DNA from: Bacteroidia bacterium
GTDB taxonomy: Bacteria > Bacteroidota > Bacteroidia > 2-12-FULL-35-15
Assembly (NCBI GenBank): GCA_039937835.1
Contig: JBDTFR010000101.1
Span: 3,098-67,097 of the forward strand
DNA length: 64,000 nucleotides
Direction of reading: 5' to 3'
In this document: positions 56,238 to 64,000 of the stretch, piece by piece
Layout: each line of letters starts with the position of its first letter
Position numbering within the stretch: position 1 is the stretch's first letter
Notes under the pieces: generated by a model
What the model saw: only the letters and a program-made list of their open reading frames with translations
Database searches by the model: none
What the model was told of the DNA's origin: nothing
Translations under genes and position numbers: made by a program

Positions 56238-57665
56238 ATGAAAAACAGATCGATTTTTATAGTGCTTTTTGGGATTATACCTTTTAATATTTATGCTCAA
56301 AATACGGATACAATTAAAGCTTCCACATTGGTATTTAATATACCAGTTGTTGATTTACCGTATCAATTAGATGCAGCAAAAACAGTTAATGAGAACAAAA
56401 TTACAATCAAAAGTTTTTTAAAAGGTTATGCTAATCCAAGTATGCATCAATCTCTTGATTTATCTACAGATTTATATACAGCAGCCCATTTTGGCATAAA
56501 AAAAATTTTCAATATTAATTCAAAAACAGATTTTACCGATGGTAGGAATTTAGGAAAATATATTTTATACTTCTTATCGCTTGTGGGCTCTGATGTTGTA
56601 TTAGTTTATACGCCCGGTTTTAATGGTTGGGAACATGAAGAATTTCATCGTGCAGTTATGACCCGATTTCAGGTAAACAGTTTTAACGATATAAATAATT
56701 TTCCAATAGGAGCCGGCTCAGCAAATGTAAGTCATGTTAAGGACGATGATTTGATAAAGTTTAAAAAAGAAAGCCCCAAAGATTTTATTAGAATGCCCGC
56801 AGCGGGTATTGAAGGCGAGTATATGTTAATAGAAAAACTTCAGCGTAATAATTTTTTTTACAATCAAAATTTACCCCATCAAGTTTTGTATCTATTATCA
56901 ACGTATCATGCTATTGATTACGTTCGTTTTTGTTCCCAACCAAAAGCCTTAAACGGCGTAACCGATTATTTTAATTCCAATGAAAAGACCATTAAAGTAA
57001 GAGACTTCACCGGTATGGATTTTAGTGGCTGGGTTTACGATTTGTTTAAACCAAATGAACCTTATGCTGCAAGGGGAATACATCCATCGGGTATAGGGAT
57101 AGATCGTTATATTAGAGCAAGCGATTTAACCTCCATAGAATTAGCATACTTAAAGAAACAAGGGGATTTACAATGGTTAAATGCTATTTCGCCTATGTTA
57201 GTTGGGTTTAAAAGTATAAAATTATCAAAAAATGAATTATCTGGTAATTTTTCTATTCGTAATTATCTAACCTCTTTTGGTAATGATATTTCATGTAATA
57301 TCTATTTAATGAATCCTAATTATAAATTTATATTTGTATACCACAGTTATCAAAATTACAATAAATCATTTCCCGCAATTGAAACACAATTGATTGATTT
57401 TGAAAAATCAATTTATAATAAGTCAGTCTATTTTTCGCCCCGATTAATTTTGGGTATGCAACCATTTAATCAGGATTTTAAAACTAAGAAGTCTGATTTT
57501 TTAGGTTTGGTAGCGTGCAAATTTGAAATTAAAATGAATAGTTTCATTCATCCTTTTATAGAATTATCAGTAAAATCAAAAGGTTGGATAGCGGGTAATG
57601 AGTTTTTAAACAGTAATACTAGTTGTAGATTTGGTATTGTTTCTAAATTCAAAACGGTAAAATAA
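56238..57665 (+). CDS. Hypothetical secreted/outer-membrane protein containing an HExxH motif
   Basis: The ATG at 56238 gives MKNRSIFIVLFGIIPFNIYAQ (signal peptide) and is preferred over 56142. HEEFH lies at 56634-56648. The C-terminal third has alternating hydrophobic, beta-strand-like patterns. Confidence 0.6.
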   Translation: MKNRSIFIVLFGIIPFNIYAQNTDTIKASTLVFNIPVVDLPYQLDAAKTVNENKITIKSFLKGYANPSMHQSLDLSTDLYTAAHFGIKKIFNINSKTDFTDGRNLGKYILYFLSLVGSDVVLVYTPGFNGWEHEEFHRAVMTRFQVNSFNDINNFPIGAGSANVSHVKDDDLIKFKKESPKDFIRMPAAGIEGEYMLIEKLQRNNFFYNQNLPHQVLYLLSTYHAIDYVRFCSQPKALNGVTDYFNSNEKTIKVRDFTGMDFSGWVYDLFKPNEPYAARGIHPSGIGIDRYIRASDLTSIELAYLKKQGDLQWLNAISPMLVGFKSIKLSKNELSGNFSIRNYLTSFGNDISCNIYLMNPNYKFIFVYHSYQNYNKSFPAIETQLIDFEKSIYNKSVYFSPRLILGMQPFNQDFKTKKSDFLGLVACKFEIKMNSFIHPFIELSVKSKGWIAGNEFLNSNTSCRFGIVSKFKTVK

Positions 57666-57700
57666 AAATCTTCATGTAATATATTAAAACTAGCTATGCC

Positions 57701-57870
57701 CAAGTGGGTGAAAATAGTATAACGATAATTAACATTTATTAAAATCAACCGACTCTAAGGGGGTGAAATACTATAAAAACAATAAAAATTCATCAAAATC
57801 AACCAACTCCAGTGGGGTGAAAATATTATAATATTAAATAAATATGCAGAACCCTGAAGGGGTGAAATTT
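57701..57870. repeat. Four phased direct repeats sharing a GGGTGAAA core (degenerate ~54-nt unit)
   Basis: GGGTGAAA occurs at 57706, 57761, 57815 and 57860 (spacing 55/54/45). Units 1 and 2 also share AAAATCAACC, and each core is preceded by a purine-rich xAGKG. Confidence 0.85.
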
Positions 57871-57983
57871 TTTACAACAATCATCAGACAGATTATAAAC
57901 CGATGTTAATAATAGAATATATCACTCCAAATCAAAAGTTTCTGAAGCTTTTTATCCAGAGTTAAAAGGAAAACATATTCATC

Positions 57984-58208
57984 ATGACTGAAGCAGAATT
58001 AATATTTACGGCTTTAGCGGAACTATCAACCCGACAAATTGCAGAATCAGAAAAAGCAAAAGGTATACTTGAAAATGGCCAAGCAGGCAAAAAAGGCGGT
58101 GCCGTAGCAAAAAATGCAAGAAAGGAATTAGAAACAAAAACAGGTAAAAGTGTGGTAACCGACGAAAATTTTTTACCTCCAGCAAAAGATAAAAAGAAAT
58201 TAAAATAA
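57984..58208 (+). CDS. Small protein resembling the C-terminal tail of DinD/KilA-N/Bro-type antirepressor-like proteins
   Basis: 74 aa. LIFTALAELSTRQIAE...GKKGGAVAKNARKELETKTGKSVVTDENFL matches a tail I recall from that group (family name uncertain). Two overlapping minus-strand ORFs are low-complexity and hydrophobic. Confidence 0.45.
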   Translation: MTEAELIFTALAELSTRQIAESEKAKGILENGQAGKKGGAVAKNARKELETKTGKSVVTDENFLPPAKDKKKLK

Positions 58209-58307
58209 TTGTTTTGTTGCCTGCTATAAGCATAATCAATCACATTTTTCATTAAAAAATTCAAACATTAGTTTGTAAAAAAATAATTTACCTACCAGAT
58301 AATTTAA

Positions 58308-58315
58308 TACGTTTG
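58308..58315 (+). promoter_or_regulatory. TAnnTTTG -7 box upstream of the delta-60 repeat gene
   Basis: TACGTTTG lies 18 nt upstream of the ATG at 58333. Confidence 0.35.
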
Positions 58316-58332
58316 TTTTAAAATTAAGAACC

Positions 58333-60846
58333 ATGAAAAAAAATATACTTTTAATAGTAGTTATCCTTTTTATAATGCCGCAATTGTATGCTCAACCAGG
58401 CACAATTGACCCTACGTTTAATCCCAGTGATTTGGGTTTTTGGAAAGGGAATAGTTTAAATGGTAGTATAACTACGTCGTTTGCTCAAAAGGATGGGAAA
58501 TTCATCATTGCGGGTGAATTTTCGAGATTCAATGAAGTGTCGGCAATGCGCATTGCACGTTTTAATGCAGACGGAACAATAGATACTACATTAAATAAAA
58601 CAGGTACAAGTGCAGTTAATATTCAAAAAATAGTTTCACAAACAGATGGGAAAATTTTTATTCTTGGCTCATTCCAATACTATAATAATATACCCCGAAA
58701 CAGTATCGCACGTTTAAATGCAGATGGTTCATTGGATAATGCATTTGATCCTGGCTCAGGAATAAGTCCAGCATATTTTGACAAATATGCAATGGTTTTA
58801 CAGAATGACGGGAAAATTATTGTGGGTGGATATATTAAAAACTATAATGGGGCAACTGTTGGTAACATAGTACGAATCAACCCTGATGGAAAACAAGATA
58901 CGACATTTCATACAGGTACTGGTTTCGATTCTGACGTTCCTGCATTAGCATTACAAAGCGATGGGAAAGTAATAGTTGGTGGGGGATTTGGTTATTATGA
59001 TAATGTTTACGGTAATAAAGTTATACGGTTAAACGCAGATGGAAGTAAAGACAACACGTTTAATTTAAATGGTTCCGGACCAGATTCTGATGTTAATTCA
59101 ATACTGTTGCAAGATGATGGAAAAATTTTAATTATCGGTTCTTTCAAAAATTATAATGGTTCACGAACACACGGAATAGCAAGACTGAACTCGGATGGTA
59201 GTTTGGATAATACTTTTTATGTTGCGTCTGGGGTATTTACTGGGTATTTATTGCAACTATGCAAACAACCTGATGGAAAAATACTTGCATTAGAATCACT
59301 GGGTGCTATCGTTAACCAAAGCCGAGTTTTTCGTCTAAATATGGATGGTAGCCTTGACACTGCCTTTTATAGTGCTCATGCGAATAGTAATGCATCCGCT
59401 ATTTGCCTTCAAAGTGATGGGAAAATAATTGTAGGTGGTTATTTTAAAAATTATGACGGAGTTTTAAGAAACTGTATTGTGCGTTTAAATGTGGATGGTA
59501 CAATTGATAAAAATATATATAATGTATTAGGAAATGGCGTGAATGGCACAGTCTGGACAAGCGCTATTCAGAGCGATGGGGGAATAATTATCGGCGGATT
59601 ATTCTCTTCCTATAATGGTAAAAAAATGGGAAATATTACAAGGGTTAATAAAGACGGATCATTAGACAATACATTTCATACGGAGACGGGAACGGATGAC
59701 TGGATAGAATCGATTACAATACAAAAGGACAAAAAAATACTCATTGCTGGATGGTTCACAAAATATAAAGATTCGTCACTGGCAGGTTTGGCACGAATCA
59801 ACATTGATGGCTCACTGGACACAACATTAAAGGCAAGCCTGGGGGTTTCTCCCTTAGTGGAACATGTTTCGTTGCAATCTGACGGGAAGATACTTGTGGC
59901 AGGATATTTTAACTTCAATAATGGAATATCAAAAAATTGTATTTTACGCCTTCACTCAAATGGATCAATAGATTCAACTTTCAAACCTTCACTTGGAGCC
60001 AATAGTTTTGTTTGGACAACATTGATTCAACCTGATGGAAAAATTCTTGTAGGCGGGTATTTTAAGGATACTGTCGGAGCCATATCAGTAAATAACATAG
60101 CGCGGTTAAATTTAGATGGTTCTCTAGATACTTCTTTTCATACTGGTACAGGAACCGATAATGTGATTTATGCATTGGGATTACAAAAGGATGGAAAGGT
60201 TTTAATTGGAGGATCTTTTAAAACATACAATGGTTTAACAGCAAATTCCATTTCTCGTTTAAATTCTAACGGCGCATTAGATAATACATTTAATTCTGGT
60301 GCAGGTATAGTTGTTGGCCATTCAATTAAAAATATATCCATTCAGCAAAATGGGAAAATAATAATAGGCGGACAGTTCTCTAATTTTAATGGAACTACAG
60401 TCAACTCATTAGTACGCTTAAATATAGACGGTAGCGTTGACAATACATTTAAAAATGATTTAGGAGCAAGGAATAAATCAATTGCCACAGCCTCCATTCA
60501 GAAGGATGGTAATATAGTCATTGGTGGAAGTTTTACTGATTACAATGGTATCGGAAGAAATGGTATTGCAAGGGTCAATGGTGGTGAAATTACAAATATT
60601 GCTACCCATGCTGCAATTAATCCCATAGTTATTTATCCAAATCCGAGTAACGGAGAATTTACCATAGCAGTGGAGCAAATTGGTAAAATTTTAATTATGG
60701 ATAATTTAGGTAGATTGATTCTTGAACGAAATGTAAATTCCAAAAAAGAGGTAATCAACCTCACAAATATTACGAGTGGAATTTATTTTGCAAGAATTAC
60801 TTCAGCACATGGACAAACCACAAAAAAGATAATTATAAGAAGGTAA
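58333..60846 (+). CDS. Delta-60 repeat (DUF5122-type beta-propeller) protein with a T9SS type-A CTD
   Basis: Signal peptide, then about 14 units of R[LI]N.DGS.D.TF...(Q.DGKI[IL]VGG.F..YNG). The CTD is IYPNPSNGEFTIAV...GIYFARITSAHGQTTKKIIIRR. Confidence 0.85.
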   Translation: MKKNILLIVVILFIMPQLYAQPGTIDPTFNPSDLGFWKGNSLNGSITTSFAQKDGKFIIAGEFSRFNEVSAMRIARFNADGTIDTTLNKTGTSAVNIQKIVSQTDGKIFILGSFQYYNNIPRNSIARLNADGSLDNAFDPGSGISPAYFDKYAMVLQNDGKIIVGGYIKNYNGATVGNIVRINPDGKQDTTFHTGTGFDSDVPALALQSDGKVIVGGGFGYYDNVYGNKVIRLNADGSKDNTFNLNGSGPDSDVNSILLQDDGKILIIGSFKNYNGSRTHGIARLNSDGSLDNTFYVASGVFTGYLLQLCKQPDGKILALESLGAIVNQSRVFRLNMDGSLDTAFYSAHANSNASAICLQSDGKIIVGGYFKNYDGVLRNCIVRLNVDGTIDKNIYNVLGNGVNGTVWTSAIQSDGGIIIGGLFSSYNGKKMGNITRVNKDGSLDNTFHTETGTDDWIESITIQKDKKILIAGWFTKYKDSSLAGLARINIDGSLDTTLKASLGVSPLVEHVSLQSDGKILVAGYFNFNNGISKNCILRLHSNGSIDSTFKPSLGANSFVWTTLIQPDGKILVGGYFKDTVGAISVNNIARLNLDGSLDTSFHTGTGTDNVIYALGLQKDGKVLIGGSFKTYNGLTANSISRLNSNGALDNTFNSGAGIVVGHSIKNISIQQNGKIIIGGQFSNFNGTTVNSLVRLNIDGSVDNTFKNDLGARNKSIATASIQKDGNIVIGGSFTDYNGIGRNGIARVNGGEITNIATHAAINPIVIYPNPSNGEFTIAVEQIGKILIMDNLGRLILERNVNSKKEVINLTNITSGIYFARITSAHGQTTKKIIIRR

Positions 60847-60994
60847 ATAACTGCTCAAAATTTTAAATATATTTAGGCTATATTTGTTTTAATAGAGATC
60901 TTTTTAAAATGCGCTCTATTACCAACAACAGTGGCAATTAATCATCACCTGTAGTAAATTTAATTAGTACAAAAATTTAAAAAAATTAAAAATT

Positions 60995-61459
60995 ATGAAA
61001 CAATCAACAATTATCAGCGCCCTATTCGGTATGAGTTTTTTTATACTAAGTTGTGGAAACACCTCAACTGAACAAGCAAAAGATAAAGAGGAAACCGCCA
61101 CTCATGAAGAACACGCTGATCACACTGCCAATGCTCTTGAACTAAACAATGGAGAAAAATGGGTCGTGAATGTAGAAATGACTCCTTTTGTAAAAAAAGG
61201 AGAGGAGCTTGTAAATAATTATGTAGCCAATAAGGGTGATGATTATAAAGCGCTAGCGACTCAATTAAAAGAGCAAAACGATCAGTTGATTTCAAACTGT
61301 ACAATGGATGGAAAAAGCCACGAAGTGTTGCATGTATGGCTTCACCCACATCTTGAATTAGTAAAAGAACTTTCAAACGCAGAAACAAAAGAAGCAGCAG
61401 ATGAAATTATTACTCGTCTAAAAAATTCTTACGAAACGTATAATCAATATTTTCAATAA
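60995..61459 (+). CDS. Hypothetical lipoprotein with a His/Glu-rich N-terminal segment
   Basis: Lipobox FILSC, then THEEHADHTAN. The rest is helical-looking with HEVLHVWLHPH. Confidence 0.6.
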   Translation: MKQSTIISALFGMSFFILSCGNTSTEQAKDKEETATHEEHADHTANALELNNGEKWVVNVEMTPFVKKGEELVNNYVANKGDDYKALATQLKEQNDQLISNCTMDGKSHEVLHVWLHPHLELVKELSNAETKEAADEIITRLKNSYETYNQYFQ

Positions 61460-61567
61460 TTTATTTTCAATTGTAAAATTGCTATACTATTTTTAAAAAA
61501 TCATTTTTAATTTTACAAGGTAAAAATAGCGGCAATTTAGCTATAGCAGCGATTTTGTTAAAAACAA

Positions 61568-61599
61568 GGAGGAAGCAATTTAAATGCTTCCTTTTTTTT
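61568..61599 (+). terminator. Rho-independent terminator
   Basis: GGAAGCA-ATTTAAA-TGCTTCC followed by T8. Confidence 0.7.
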
Positions 61600-61837
61600 G
61601 ATTACTTCTCCCTTTCATGATCCAATCCTTTTTTTCTATTTATATTACAGAAGTACAACAGGTGGTCGGAATATAAAAAGTACACATAGTTATAGACTTA
61701 TTTTACTACCCATTAAATACTATTTAGTAATACAAAGTAAATACTTATAGCGTATATATTGTCGCTGTTACAATATGGAAAATCCATTGCTTAGGCACTT
61801 ATCATCAAATTTAAAATAAAGAGAATAATTATTAAAA

Positions 61838-61850
61838 GAGAATGATTATC
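61838..61850. promoter_or_regulatory. Fur/PerR-type 7-1-7 box upstream of the Fur-family gene
   Basis: GAGAAT-G-ATTATC resembles GATAAT-N-ATTATC and lies 18 nt upstream of the ATG at 61868. A second half-related copy, GAGAATAATTAT, lies 17 nt upstream (61821-61832). Confidence 0.4.
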
Positions 61851-61867
61851 TTTATAAAAAAGGAATA

Positions 61868-62284
61868 ATGAAAGCTACCGAGATTAGAAATAAGTTAATT
61901 AATAAAAATTTAAAAGTAACACCACAAAGGGTTGCTATTTTAAACGCTATTGCTAAACTTAAAAATCACCCTACAGCAGAAAATATAATTGACTTTATTA
62001 AAAAAAATCATCCAAATGTTGCAACGGCCACGGTTTATAAAGTACTTGATGTATTAGTAGCGAATGAATTAATTAAAAAAGTAAAAACAGAAAAAGATGT
62101 GATGAGATATGATGCGATTATAGAAAATCACCATCATTTGTATTGCTCCGAATCTGACAGAATTGAAGATTATGTGGATGATGAATTAAATAAAATGATT
62201 GAAAAGTATTTTAGTAAGAAAAAGATAAAAGACTTTCAAATTAATGATATCAAATTACAGATAATAGGAAAATTTAATAAATAA
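61868..62284 (+). CDS. Fur-family transcriptional regulator (PerR-like by context)
   Basis: Winged-helix N-terminus (LKVTPQRVAILNAI...ATVYKVLDVL) and an HHHLYC metal-site region. It lies 18 nt upstream of the catalase gene. Confidence 0.85.
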   Translation: MKATEIRNKLINKNLKVTPQRVAILNAIAKLKNHPTAENIIDFIKKNHPNVATATVYKVLDVLVANELIKKVKTEKDVMRYDAIIENHHHLYCSESDRIEDYVDDELNKMIEKYFSKKKIKDFQINDIKLQIIGKFNK

Positions 62285-62302
62285 TTTTTAAAATTAGTAA
62301 AT

Positions 62303-63766
62303 ATGAAACCGACAAAAAAGAAACTCACCAGTAGCGCTGGAGCTCCAGTAGCGGATAATCAAAATACGATGACGGCAGGCCCTCGTGGACCAGTCCTTTT
62401 ACAGGATGTTTGGTTCCTGGAAAAATTGGCACATTTCGATAGAGAAGTAATACCAGAAAGACGGATGCATGCAAAAGGTTCAGGTGCATTTGGAACTTTT
62501 ACCGTAACACATGACATATCGAAATATACCAAAGCAAAAATATTTTCTGAAATAGGTAAAAAAACGTCTTGTTTTGTTCGCTTTTCTACTGTTGCTGGTG
62601 AACGTGGCGCCGCCGATGCAGAAAGAGATATAAGAGGATTTGCGATGAAGTTTTATACCGAAGAAGGCAATTGGGATTTAGTTGGTAACAACACACCCGT
62701 TTTTTTTCTGAAAGATCCTTTAAAATTTCCAGATTTAAATCACGCAATAAAACGAGATCCAAAAACTAACTTACGCAGTCCAAAAAATAACTGGGATTTT
62801 TGGACTCTTTTACCTGAGGCATTACATCAAATTACAATCACAATGAGTGATAGAGGCATACCTGCATCATACACTAATATGCACGGTTTCGGAAGTCATA
62901 CATTTAGTTTGATAAATGCAAAGAATGAACGAATTTGGGTTAAATTTCATTTGCATACCCATCAAGGAATTAAAAATTTAAGCGACCAAGAAGCAGAAAA
63001 AATCATTAGTAAAGACAGGGAGAGCCACCAACGTTCCTTGTTTAACAGCATTGAAAAAGGTGATTTCCCGAAGTGGACAATGAAAATACAAGTGATGAAG
63101 GATGAGCAGGCAAAAAAGCACAAACACAATCCATTTGATTTATCAAAAGTTTGGTCGCAAAAAGAATATCCGTTGATAGAAGTAGGAGTGATGGAATTAA
63201 ATAAAAATCCTGAAAATTATTTTGTGGACGTTGAGCAAGCCGCTTTTAATCCTGCAAATATAGTTCCTGGTATTAGCTTTTCGCCCGATAAAATGTTACA
63301 GGGCAGATTATTCTCTTATGGTGATGCTCAGCGTTATCGGCTTGGAGTAAATAATCATTTAATCCCTGTAAATAAACCAAAATGCCCTTTTTCAAATATG
63401 TTTCATAGAGACGGACAAATGAGAACAGATGATAATTATGGTAGCACTTTAGGATATGAACCAAATAGTTATGGTGAGTGGCAAGAACAACCTGATTTCA
63501 GAGAGCCGGCATTGGAATTAAGCGGTGCTGCTGACCATTGGAACCATAGGGATGATGACGACGATTATTATTCACAACCTGGTGATTTATTCAGATTAAT
63601 GAATAATAATCAACAACAGGTTTTATTTGAAAACACCGCCAGAGCAATGGGTGATGCACCAAAGGAAATAAAAGTACGCCACATTGGCAATTGCTTAAAA
63701 GCGGATGAAAATTATGGCAAAGGTGTTGCAAACGCTTTGAACATTGGAATGAATGAAGTAAAGTAA
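62303..63766 (+). CDS. katA: Monofunctional haem catalase (small-subunit type)
   Basis: [20 protein letters not shown] (distal His), VGNNTPVFF (Asn) and [14 protein letters not shown] (proximal Tyr). Confidence 0.95.
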   Translation: MKPTKKKLTSSAGAPVADNQNTMTAGPRGPVLLQDVWFLEKLAHFDREVIPERRMHAKGSGAFGTFTVTHDISKYTKAKIFSEIGKKTSCFVRFSTVAGERGAADAERDIRGFAMKFYTEEGNWDLVGNNTPVFFLKDPLKFPDLNHAIKRDPKTNLRSPKNNWDFWTLLPEALHQITITMSDRGIPASYTNMHGFGSHTFSLINAKNERIWVKFHLHTHQGIKNLSDQEAEKIISKDRESHQRSLFNSIEKGDFPKWTMKIQVMKDEQAKKHKHNPFDLSKVWSQKEYPLIEVGVMELNKNPENYFVDVEQAAFNPANIVPGISFSPDKMLQGRLFSYGDAQRYRLGVNNHLIPVNKPKCPFSNMFHRDGQMRTDDNYGSTLGYEPNSYGEWQEQPDFREPALELSGAADHWNHRDDDDDYYSQPGDLFRLMNNNQQQVLFENTARAMGDAPKEIKVRHIGNCLKADENYGKGVANALNIGMNEVK

Positions 63767-63818
63767 TTAAATTCAAAAAAATAAGAAAGGGAAAATAGAA
63801 ATAGTTTATCAAAAGCTT

Positions 63819-63867
63819 AGAGGAACGATTTGATCAAAGATCAGTGTTCCTCTTTTCTTTTTTTTTA
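63819..63867 (+). terminator. Rho-independent terminator of the catalase gene
   Basis: AGAGGAAC...GTTCCTCT stem with an inner GATC-containing helix, followed by TTTCTTTTTTTTT. Confidence 0.75.
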
Positions 63868-64000
63868 GCTAAAGCCATTGATAATAGGTTTTTCAAAATA
63901 ATCACTTATAGTGAAGTAATGAATAATAATTATTAAATGCTCTTAAATATAAATTGTATAATTGGCAAATGATTATTTGTTATCATTAACAAAATAGGGC

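Noticed and set aside
57701-57870. Possible degenerate CRISPR array
   Set aside because: The period (45-55 nt) is too short. The conserved part is only ~10-20 nt and imperfect, there are just four units, the 'spacers' are AT-rich and partly similar to each other, and no cas gene is in the window.
57666-58264. Prophage or integrative-element remnant
   Set aside because: Apart from the small antirepressor-like ORF there is no integrase, recombinase, att-like direct repeat or adjacent tRNA. The evidence is too thin to call a mobile element.
57962-58264. Minus-strand ORFs 57962-58264 and 58006-58239 overlapping the small plus-strand ORF
   Set aside because: Their translations are hydrophobic and low-complexity (FFLSFAGGKKF..., LFLFLIPFLHFLL). 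The plus-strand frame has a recognisable conserved-looking sequence, but none of the three is certain.
2527-63812. Remaining short antisense or nested ORFs in the track (2527-2763, 6393-6593, 17701-17946, 18898-19194, 22067-22276, 30195-30684, 31386-31658, 33572-34165, 38606-38809, 39067-39481, 39814-39996, 40994-41409, 47329-47511, 48448-48648, 49577-49762, 51028-51448, 52048-52245, 54131-55329, 57548-57748, 59676-59918, 60478-60678, 61041-61388, 63273-63812)
   Set aside because: Each is embedded in or overlaps a longer, confidently identified gene and shows no motif of its own.

Overview
This is an AT-rich chromosomal segment (roughly one-third GC by eye) that reads as Bacteroidota. The pointers are the gliding genes gldC and a gldA-like ABC ATPase, six proteins ending in T9SS type-A C-terminal sorting domains (CTDs), TAnnTTTG -7 promoter boxes, long-form IspG, an archaeal/eukaryote-type ProRS and a mitochondrial-type aconitase. 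I support about 50 real CDS and one tRNA-Glu(UUC). I saw no rRNA, CRISPR array, transposase, integrase or recognisable defence gene. The backbone is housekeeping: tyrS, pyrC, engB, ispG, a sufA-like gene plus sufBCD, purN, proS, rpsT, radC, wecB, psd, yidC, metK, rsgA, dtd, aconitase, and a Fur-family regulator with catalase. Cell-surface and accessory islands sit between these blocks:
- Two adjacent giant Ser/Thr-rich surface proteins (11.2-17.1 kb).
- A TonB-dependent receptor next to a tandemly duplicated T9SS surface protein, with a decayed ispG fragment marking the duplication (17.1-21.8 kb).
- An ECF sigma factor, a membrane-anchored anti-sigma-like protein with a C-terminal beta-barrel, and two PKD proteins (23.9-29.3 kb).
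- A Tyr/Asn-rich lipoprotein next to a FadL-like barrel (35.3-38.1 kb).
- An HExxH protein, a phased GGGGTGAAA repeat array, a small antirepressor-like ORF and a delta-60 propeller protein (56.2-60.8 kb).
The most unusual observations are:
- The sigma / anti-sigma-barrel / PKD module.
- The phased repeat array.
- The segmental duplication that carries an ispG relic.
- The Tyr-rich lipoprotein and barrel pair.
- A TyrRS whose HIGH signature reads GVGN.
No finding amounts to a demonstrated new system. Every functional call rests on motif recognition by eye; no database search or structure prediction was run.
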